Below are positions 57,222 through 64,000 of a stretch of 64,000 nucleotides of DNA, in pieces. Source of the stretch: Oscillospiraceae bacterium. GTDB lineage: Bacteria > Bacillota > Clostridia > UMGS1810. The stretch's first letter is position 1. Every line of letters starts with the position of its first letter. The DNA is taken from assembly GCA_015068985.1 (NCBI GenBank), contig SVJL01000003.1, forward strand, positions 203 to 64,202, written 5' to 3'. The position numbers were made by a program, and so were the translations under genes. The notes beneath the pieces are model-generated. The model was not told the origin of the DNA and did no database searches. It saw nothing but the letters and a program-made list of their open reading frames with translations.

Positions 57222-58043
57222 ATGAACACCATCAACACTGAAAAAATCAATGCAATTAATAAAGAATAAATACAAAACCCTCAAAGATATACAGGACCCG
57301 TTCAGATGACTAAAGAGGTGCTTGGAAAAGCTTTGTCTGATGCAATTGCAAAAATCGACAAGCTGTGGGACGATGTTCATGGTAATTTTGCATCTCATGC
57401 AAGCACAAACAATGTTTACGATGAAGTTGAAAATGACTATGGTTGGAACGAGGGCTTTTTCACAGGTATGCTCTGGCTTGCATATGAAGCTACCGGCGAT
57501 GAAAAATACAGAGAATTCTTCAATCCCGACGGGATGCCTGACAGAGGAGAGACAGCGCAGGGAGCATCAGACAATTCCTGTTGGGCAAGATGTCAGTCAT
57601 GGATTGTAAGCGGACTTCCTTATTCATACAGATACACCAAGGAAAAACCGATGCTTGAGCTTTTTGAAAAAGTAGCAAACTACTACATCAACCATCTGCC
57701 TGATGATTTTGTTCCATATTGGGATTTGTCATTTTTCGATGGCGCAGATGAGCCAAAAGATTCATCTGCTGCTGCCATTGCAGTATGCGGATTTCTTGAA
57801 ATGATACCAAATATCAAGGATGATTCTCTTAGGGCGATATATGAGGGTGTAGTAGATAAAATGATGTTTTCGCTATATAACAATTACAGCATTAAAGATA
57901 CTCCCGACTCAAACGGACTTTTATTGCATGCAGTATATTCAAAGCCTGCAGGTGTTGGTGTTGATGAATGTAACATATGGGGATGCTACTATTATGTGGA
58001 AGCTTTGGTTAGAATGATAAAAGGAACAAAAGCATATTGGTAA
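57222..58043 (+). pseudogene. GH88 unsaturated glucuronyl hydrolase gene with an in-frame stop and an internal deletion
   Basis: AAGGAG plus the ATG at 57222 opens a frame that hits TAA at 57267-57269, then continues in the same frame through the ATG at 57306. The product has the WNEGFFTGMLWLAYEATGDEKYRE block joined directly to FFNPDG...SCWARCQSW. That skips the ~125 aa present between the equivalent blocks of Bacillus UGL. Confidence 0.7.
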
Positions 58044-58131
58044 TAATATCAAAGAAATGGAAAAATGATGCTCTTTTGATGATGTAGCAGACGGAATGTT
58101 TTAAAATAGATGCAACCATATACGAAATTGA

Positions 58132-58956
58132 TGCTCATTTAAAGATGGCTGCAGCTCATGCGGCAACAATGATAAAGCAAATTGTCCTTATGGAGTGTAT
58201 GGTAATGTTGGAGAATATACATACACCATTCCCTCATCCTCCGGCGGAGGCGGTGGTGGCACTATTGACAAAACCCGAAAATACACAAGCGATATTTTCG
58301 GCACAGAGCATCCCGCTCACATAGGCTATATCAACGGCTATCCCGACGGCAGCGTTCGTCCCGACGGTAATATAACCAGAGAGGAAGTATCTGCCATTCT
58401 TTACCGTGTCAAACCAATGGCATATGATTCACCAATCACTGCCACAGGCAAGGTTTTTCCCGATGTTTCCATTGACCGTTGGTCGGTAAGGGAGATAGAG
58501 CATCTCACAGCGTACGATATTATTAAGGGTTATCCCGATGGTAGCTTTTTGCCGGCAGAAAACCTTACAAGGGCAGAGTTTGCGGCACTTATCCGACGCT
58601 TTATAAGTGCTGCCGAAATAAAGACAGCAAACAGATGGGTGGATTTGACCGACATTTCCGACCACTGGGCTTTTGATGATATAACATTTATTGCCAAAGC
58701 CGGACTTGTTGAAGGCTATGAAGACGGCACATTCCGTCCTGAACGTGAAATAACCAGAGCGGAGGTTATGAGCGTAATAAATCGAATACTTGGCAGAAAA
58801 CCATTGGAGTCATATGTTAAATCACAAAATTTTAATCCGTTCACTGATCTTAATGACGACAAATGGTATTATGTCACTGTTCTGGAAGCCACAATAACCC
58901 ACGATTATTATCTTAATGCTCAAAAATATGAGTATAAGTGGGAAAACTGGAAATAA
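58132..58956 (+). pseudogene. Orphan C-terminal cell-wall anchor: three SLH domains without enzyme domain or signal peptide
   Basis: Three repeats are present (GYINGYPDGSVRPDGNITREEVSAILYRV, IIKGYPDGSFLPAENLTRAEFAALIRRF, LVEGYEDGTFRPEREITRAEVMSVINRIL). The frame opens at 58132 right after a stop. The only candidate start is GTG at 58195, with no RBS. Confidence 0.55.
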
Positions 58957-58995
58957 AAAAATCGCTTCGTCGTTTTTTGACGAAGCGATTTTTTA
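58955..58995. terminator. Bidirectional intrinsic terminator
   Basis: AAAAAAATCGCTTCGTC-(7 nt)-GACGAAGCGATTTTTT. Confidence 0.8.
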
Positions 58996-58998
58996 TGT

Positions 58999-59751
58999 TT
59001 ATCCAAGCAACACATCGCCAATCAGCATAACACAAAATCCTGCCAAAAGGGCATATGTTGCTCCTCTCTGTCCGCCGTGTGCGTGAGTTTCAGGAATCAT
59101 TTCGTCGCTCACAACATAAAGCATTGTGCCTCCGGCAAAGGCAAGGGCAAAGGGGAGGATTGCCGATGAAATCGTTACTGCATAATAACCGATAAATGTG
59201 CCCACAACTTCAACCAGACCTGTTGCCATAGCACACAAAAATGTTCGACCGGGCGACACTCCTGCGGCAATCATGGGTGCAATGATGACCATTCCCTCAG
59301 GAATGTTCTGAAGTGCAATTCCGCCGGCAATAATGAATGCCTGCGACGTGTTGTCAGAACCAAAGCCCACTCCGGCAGCTATGCCCTCGGGCAGATTGTG
59401 AATTGCAATTGCAGTAACAAAGAGCAGAACTTTATTAAGATTTGTATTTTCGTGGCTTTCAAGCTCTGCTCCAACCATTCGGTGAAGATGGGGCACAAGC
59501 TTGTCGATAAGATTGAGGGCGAGAGCACCAACAAATATGCCAATAACGGTTGTTATAATTGCGTATTTACCGCCCATCTCAACCGATGGGATAACAAGAC
59601 CGATAACAGCCGCTGCAAGCATCACTCCGGCTGCAAACGACAGCACAAGGTCGGAAAATTTGTGCGACATTTTTTTGAAGATAAACCCTATCAGAGCTCC
59701 GATAACTGTTGCTCCGCCAACACCAAGGGCAGTGATTAACACTAAAATCAT
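58999..59751 (-). CDS. ZIP family metal (zinc) transporter, ZupT-like
   Basis: Polytopic protein with HNLPEG and QNIPEG motifs. Confidence 0.85.
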   Translation of the reverse strand: MILVLITALGVGGATVIGALIGFIFKKMSHKFSDLVLSFAAGVMLAAAVIGLVIPSVEMGGKYAIITTVIGIFVGALALNLIDKLVPHLHRMVGAELESHENTNLNKVLLFVTAIAIHNLPEGIAAGVGFGSDNTSQAFIIAGGIALQNIPEGMVIIAPMIAAGVSPGRTFLCAMATGLVEVVGTFIGYYAVTISSAILPFALAFAGGTMLYVVSDEMIPETHAHGGQRGATYALLAGFCVMLIGDVLLG

Positions 59752-59772
59752 AATATCACCTTTTTCATTATA

Positions 59773-60477
59773 TTATAGTTCCACGTCATTGTCGTGAATA
59801 AGGTCAAGACCTTCGGCATATAGATGCGACATATCCGAAAAACATAAGCATTTGGGAGCTGTGATTCCGTTTGGGTTGTTTTTAAATTCAACAACGGTAA
59901 CTCCTGTGTGGGTATAGTTAAAAGAAGACCACATAATATGAAGCGGAATGTGCAGCAGAACCGACAGCCACGCCCGTGCAAATGCAGCATGGCAAAACAG
60001 TGCAACCTTTTCTTCATTTGGCTTTATGATGCGGTATATGCCGTTTTCTTCTCTATAGCCAAGTCTTTCCAAAAACTTGTTGCCATTGTCTTCAATAAAG
60101 CTAACGGCAGTTTTCATATTCGACTCATTTATGCCTGTGCACTCATAGGCTTTGTTGTAAGGCAGGTCGATATTGCCGTTTTCTCTGAAATATGTGTTTT
60201 GAAGCATTGTGATTGATTTTAGTTTCCCATCCGGAAAGGGAGTTAGTCTTTCGTCCTGAATTTCGTGAGTCCAGTGCTCAATGTTTTTTTCGAGTCCCAG
60301 AAGTCTGCACGCAGGGGCGGCTGTTTCCATTGCTCTGCCCATTGGCGAAGAAAAAATCCTGTCAATTTTAGAATCGAAAATTCTCTTGCCAACTGCCTCT
60401 GCCTGAAGCTTTCCTCTTTCGGTTAAAGAATCTGTTTCGTATATGGGGTCGCCGTGACGAACTATGTAAAGTAGCAT
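59773..60477 (-). CDS. Histidine phosphatase family protein (phosphoglycerate mutase-like)
   Basis: It starts MLLYIVRHGDP, the RHG catalytic motif. Confidence 0.8.
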   Translation of the reverse strand: MLLYIVRHGDPIYETDSLTERGKLQAEAVGKRIFDSKIDRIFSSPMGRAMETAAPACRLLGLEKNIEHWTHEIQDERLTPFPDGKLKSITMLQNTYFRENGNIDLPYNKAYECTGINESNMKTAVSFIEDNGNKFLERLGYREENGIYRIIKPNEEKVALFCHAAFARAWLSVLLHIPLHIMWSSFNYTHTGVTVVEFKNNPNGITAPKCLCFSDMSHLYAEGLDLIHDNDVEL

Positions 60478-60570
60478 TGTTTTCTCCTTTTTATTGTTTT
60501 ATAATTATAACTTTTCAAGTTAATTATATCATCATAAAAATATAAATGCAATGCTCCCAATCTATTTTCA

Positions 60571-60599
60571 TTGACAAAATTTTAAAAAACTTTTATAAT
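60571..60599 (+). promoter_or_regulatory. Consensus sigma-A promoter upstream of cysK
   Basis: TTGACA (60571-60576), a 17-nt spacer, then TATAAT (60594-60599). Confidence 0.65.
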
Positions 60600-60629
60600 A
60601 CATATAATAACACTCAGAGGTGAATCTTT

Positions 60630-61559
60630 ATGTCAAAAATATATAAGTCGGTTGCTCAGCTCGTTGGCAAAACACCGCTCATTGAGCTTTGTTCTATAGA
60701 AAAATGGATAGGTGCAAAAGCAAAAATTCTTGCAAAGCTGGAATATCTTAACCCTGCAGGCTCTGTTAAAGACCGTGTTGCGGCAGAAATGATAGAAGAT
60801 GCCGAAAAAAGAGGAATCTTAAAACCCGGCAGCACAGTGATTGAACCAACCTCCGGCAACACAGGCATAGGTCTTGCCTCAATTGCTGCATCAAAAGGTT
60901 ACCGCACAATAATTGTTATGCCCTCCACAATGAGCGTGGAGCGTGTTCGTCTGATGAAAGCCTATGGGGCAGAGGTGGTTTTGTCGGACGGAGCAAAGGG
61001 GATGTCGGGTGCTGTTGAAATGGCAGAAGAAATTGCCCGCTTAACACCCAACAGCTTTATTGCAGGTCAGTTCACAAACCCTGCCAACAAAATGGCTCAC
61101 TACAAAACAACCGGTCCCGAAATTTATGACGATACCGACGGCGAAGTTGACATTTTTGTTGCCGGAGTCGGCACCGGAGGCACCATAAGCGGCGTGGGCG
61201 AATATTTAAAAGAGCACAAGCCAGCCGTTAAGGTTGTTGCAGTAGAGCCCGATGCATCGCCGCTTCTTTCTGAGGGGAAATCTGGTCCCCACAAGCTTCA
61301 GGGCATTGGAGCAAATTTTGTGCCTGAGGTTTTAAACACATCCATATATGACGAAATCATAAAGGTTTCTGCTGAGGATGCCTATTTGTATGCAAGAGAG
61401 CTTGGCAAAAGAGAGGGCGTTTTGGTCGGCATCTCGTCGGGTGCGGCACTTTTTGCTGCTGCAAAACTTGCTGTCTGCGATGCCAACGCCGGAAAAACCA
61501 TAGTGGTTCTTTTGCCCGACACCGGCGACCGATACCTTTCAACCGACCTTTATGAATAA
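60630..61559 (+). CDS. cysK: Cysteine synthase A (O-acetylserine sulfhydrylase)
   Basis: NPAGSVKDR (PLP lysine), TSGNTG and GVGTGGTISG motifs. Confidence 0.9.
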   Translation: MSKIYKSVAQLVGKTPLIELCSIEKWIGAKAKILAKLEYLNPAGSVKDRVAAEMIEDAEKRGILKPGSTVIEPTSGNTGIGLASIAASKGYRTIIVMPSTMSVERVRLMKAYGAEVVLSDGAKGMSGAVEMAEEIARLTPNSFIAGQFTNPANKMAHYKTTGPEIYDDTDGEVDIFVAGVGTGGTISGVGEYLKEHKPAVKVVAVEPDASPLLSEGKSGPHKLQGIGANFVPEVLNTSIYDEIIKVSAEDAYLYARELGKREGVLVGISSGAALFAAAKLAVCDANAGKTIVVLLPDTGDRYLSTDLYE

Positions 61560-61608
61560 CTGCTTAAGCACACGAGAGTTGAACCTCGTATGCTTACCCG
61601 GAGGAACA

Positions 61609-62643
61609 ATGAACAAAAAAGTGTTAATAGCAATGAGCGGCGGAGTTGATTCCAGCGTTGCGGCTCATCTTATGAAAATGAATGGCTGGGAGTGTGACGG
61701 TGCAATTATGCGTCTTTTCGACAAAGAAAACAGCACCGACATTGCCGATGCCGAAAAAGTGTGCGATAGGTTAAATATTGGTTTTCATATTTTTGACCTT
61801 CGTGACGAATTTTATGATTGTGTAATAAAAAATTTCATATCTGCGTACGAAAGTGGTGCAACGCCAAATCCGTGCATTGTGTGCAACCGCCACCTTAAAT
61901 TTGGCCGTTTTTTGACCGAGGCAAACAATCTGGGCATTGATTATATTGCAACAGGCCACTATGCTCAGACAGAAAAATCGGGAGACAGATTTTTGCTGAA
62001 AAAGGGTGCAGATGAAACCAAAGACCAGAGCTACGTGCTCTACAATATGACTCAGCATCAGCTATCTCACACTCTTTTTCCCCTTGGCACAATGACCAAA
62101 ACGGAGATTCGTGCCTTAGCCGAAGAAAATGGCTTTGTTAATGCACGCAAAAAAGACAGTCAGGATATTTGTTTTGTACCCGATGGCGACTATGTTTCCG
62201 TCATTAAAAAATACACATCAAAAGAATATCCTAAGGGTAATTTTGTTAATAAGAAAGGCGAAGTTCTCGGCACTCATCAGGGGCTTGTTAACTACACAAT
62301 CGGTCAGCGAAAGGGTCTTGGCTGTGCCTTTGGCGAAAAGCTATATGTTGCCCAAAAAAACATTGAGTCAAACGAGGTTGTTCTTGCCAAAAACGAAGAG
62401 CTTTTCCAATCGTCTCTGAATGCTTGCGACTTTAATTGGATAAGCTACGATTGCCCGCCCGAAAAACTAAGGTCTATGGCAAAAATACGCTACAGTGCAA
62501 AAGAAACCCCCTGCACCGTGTTTGTTACAGGCGACAGAGAGGTTCATATCGAATTTGACGCACCTCAGCGTGCTATTGCATCGGGGCAGTCGGTTGTGTT
62601 GTATGATGGAGATTATGTTGTTGGCGGTGGAACAATTTGCTGA
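61609..62643 (+). CDS. mnmA: tRNA 2-thiouridine(34) synthase
   Basis: PP-loop AMSGGVDSSV and the motifs CN..LKF and KDQSY. The ATG at 61609 follows GGAGG. Confidence 0.9.
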   Translation: MNKKVLIAMSGGVDSSVAAHLMKMNGWECDGAIMRLFDKENSTDIADAEKVCDRLNIGFHIFDLRDEFYDCVIKNFISAYESGATPNPCIVCNRHLKFGRFLTEANNLGIDYIATGHYAQTEKSGDRFLLKKGADETKDQSYVLYNMTQHQLSHTLFPLGTMTKTEIRALAEENGFVNARKKDSQDICFVPDGDYVSVIKKYTSKEYPKGNFVNKKGEVLGTHQGLVNYTIGQRKGLGCAFGEKLYVAQKNIESNEVVLAKNEELFQSSLNACDFNWISYDCPPEKLRSMAKIRYSAKETPCTVFVTGDREVHIEFDAPQRAIASGQSVVLYDGDYVVGGGTIC

Positions 62644-62661
62644 TTTCCGGAGGGTGATTGT

Positions 62662-63231
62662 ATGGAAAAAACTCTGATTCAAAAAAAGAAACTTTCCTTT
62701 GTTCAGATTCTGTGGCTCACGGCGGGTTTTGCTCTTCTTGTTGGTGCAATTCTTGCAGGTGTCACACCAAACGAAAGAATAATCTCTGTTTCACGCACGC
62801 TGGGCTTTCTTATGTTTTATGCAGGACTCATAAACATAATTGTGTATCTTTCCGACAAAAACCCTCTGCGTGGTGCCCATTGGATAATTGCCGACGGTCT
62901 CACAACTGCACTGTTATCGTTGTTTCTGGTTTTCAATAATGTTGTGGACCATTCGCTTATTCCATTCTTTTTTGGGGTGTGGGAGCTGTTTTCGGGCGTG
63001 CTTAAGGTTATTGAATCCATAGAGCTTCGTGACTATCATATCAAAGGCTGGCGATGGTTTGTTGTAATCGGAAACATCGAGCTGTTTTCGGGCATAAGTG
63101 CAATGATAGAACCCGTGGACAACCTCATCGGGATTCATTCGGTCATTGCAGCCGTTCTGCTGATTCAGGCTCTCGGATTTGTGTTCAAAATCGGAGCTTA
63201 TAGGCATCTTGTTAAAACAACTGTTGATTAA
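62662..63231 (+). CDS. DUF308/HdeD-like small membrane protein
   Basis: 189 aa with about six predicted TM helices. The family assignment is by overall pattern only. Confidence 0.5.
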   Translation: MEKTLIQKKKLSFVQILWLTAGFALLVGAILAGVTPNERIISVSRTLGFLMFYAGLINIIVYLSDKNPLRGAHWIIADGLTTALLSLFLVFNNVVDHSLIPFFFGVWELFSGVLKVIESIELRDYHIKGWRWFVVIGNIELFSGISAMIEPVDNLIGIHSVIAAVLLIQALGFVFKIGAYRHLVKTTVD

Positions 63232-63239
63232 ATAGAAGT

Positions 63240-63297
63240 GGCTGTCTCTTTAAACATTCATAATGTATATACATTATGAATGTTTAAAGAGACAGCC
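63240..63297. terminator. 58-nt perfect palindrome (29-bp arms) between convergent genes, terminator-like
   Basis: GGCTGTCTCTTTAAACATTCATAATGTAT / ATACATTATGAATGTTTAAAGAGACAGCC, followed by TTTTT on the plus strand. Confidence 0.75.
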
Positions 63298-63316
63298 TTT
63301 TTGTGTAATCAAAAAA

Positions 63317-64000
63317 TTATTTGCTTCTGAATATTTCGTCAACTTCCTTATATGACTTGGGTGTGCCGATGTCGTAGCATTCTCCTTCAAACTTGTAGGC
63401 ATACACAGGTTTTTGCTTGTGGAGCCAACTTGGGAAAAATCCGGGGGCATCGGGGTTGTTGCCCTCATCAAGATACTGTTTAACAATTTTAACAGTGTCT
63501 TTTTTGTATATGTATGACGCAAATGCGGCAATGTTGCTTTTGGGATTCTGAGGCTTTTCTTCCATATTGGTAACCATGCCGTTTTCGTCGGTTATAACAT
63601 TTGCCATTCTTCTGAGCTCTTCAATTTCGTTGATTTCCTTAACAAGAATCATATCCGAATTTTTAGATTTGTATTCATTATAAAAATCAACAAGCTCAAA
63701 TGTGAATATGTTGTCGCCTGCCATAACGAGAATTTCGTCGTCGATGCCAAGAGTATCTATGGCAAAGTTCATATCGCCAACTGCACCAAGCTTGTTGGAA
63801 TCGTCGGTGGTGTTGTCGTTTAAAATTGTAATCTTGAATCTGCTTTTTCTTTCTTCACTCCATTTTGAAAAATGAGGGAAAAACTTTTCGTTACTGATAA
63901 CAATCAGTTCGTCCACAGCTTCTATTGTTTCTATCTGGTCAACGATGTAATCAATAATTGGTTTGTCGGCAATTGGCAATAGTGCTTTTGGCTGATTGAG
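63317..64000 (-). CDS. Sugar-phosphate nucleotidyltransferase (NTP_transferase family), 5' end outside the window
   Basis: LPIADKPIIDYIVDQ, ILVMAGDNIF and CYDIGTPKSY motifs. The ORF remains open to the window edge. Confidence 0.7.
   Translation of the reverse strand, partial: LNQPKALLPIADKPIIDYIVDQIETIEAVDELIVISNEKFFPHFSKWSEERKSRFKITILNDNTTDDSNKLGAVGDMNFAIDTLGIDDEILVMAGDNIFTFELVDFYNEYKSKNSDMILVKEINEIEELRRMANVITDENGMVTNMEEKPQNPKSNIAAFASYIYKKDTVKIVKQYLDEGNNPDAPGFFPSWLHKQKPVYAYKFEGECYDIGTPKSYKEVDEIFRSK

Noticed and set aside
60499-60510. The 12-bp palindrome TTATAATTATAA upstream of the histidine phosphatase-ZIP transporter unit, as a Zur box.
   Set aside because: It does not resemble the TGATAAT-G-ATTATCA box upstream of zur. 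It is pure A/T in an A/T-rich promoter region and probably overlaps a -10-like sequence.
1-64000. CRISPR arrays, transposases or IS elements, prophage genes, restriction-modification, toxin-antitoxin or other defence modules.
   Set aside because: No spaced direct-repeat array is present. No ORF carries nuclease, helicase, integrase or transposase motifs. Every sizeable ORF is accounted for by metabolic, transport, regulatory or cell-envelope families.

Overview
The window looks like chromosomal DNA from a spore-forming Clostridia-type Firmicute. Support: gpr and a SpoIID-like gene, a lysine riboswitch, GGAGG-type ribosome-binding sites and TTGACA/TATAAT promoters. I found about 58 intact CDS, 5 gene remnants, 1 tRNA and 1 riboswitch. 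I found no CRISPR array, transposase, integrase, prophage or recognisable defence or toxin-antitoxin genes.

Layout:
- 1-7.5 kb: distal half of a bacterial microcompartment (BMC) locus. It has three BMC-H shell proteins, one BMC-P and a PduT-like BMC-T. It also has a PduS-like Fe-S flavoprotein, an acylating aldehyde dehydrogenase and PduL, followed by a DeoR regulator and rhamnulokinase. The signature enzyme is outside the window.
- 7.7 kb: tRNA-Thr(CGU).
- 8-16 kb: PfkB kinase, cytoplasmic heparinase II/III-like protein, small NPP-type enzyme, VanW/G5 protein, alpha/beta hydrolase, K+/H+ antiporter.
- 16.4-19.3 kb: asd-dapA-dapB behind a lysine riboswitch.
- 19.5-35.5 kb: housekeeping genes (spoIID-like, queA, MATE, DeoR, purC-like, orphan class-II amidotransferase, metF, gpr, uxuA plus SDR, aminotransferase, trpS, wecA/tagO-like, mnaA).
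- 35.6-38.6 kb: zur-znuACB operon with a consensus promoter and a perfect Fur-family box.
- 38.7-42 kb: cupin, SASA esterase, DUF4432 epimerase, an aminotransferase remnant and a second dapA paralog.
- 42-52.3 kb: an AraC regulator facing a seven-gene operon with an enzyme combination I cannot assign to a known pathway. This is the best candidate for something undescribed, but that reading is inference only.
- 52.4-59 kb: a decaying glycan-utilisation region (M24 peptidase pseudogene, AraC, GH127-like, orphan ABC binding protein, GH88 pseudogene, SLH-anchor fragment).
- 59-64 kb: ZIP transporter, histidine phosphatase, cysK, mnmA, DUF308 protein and a partial nucleotidyltransferase.

Several unusual long-range inverted-repeat elements lie in intergenic regions.
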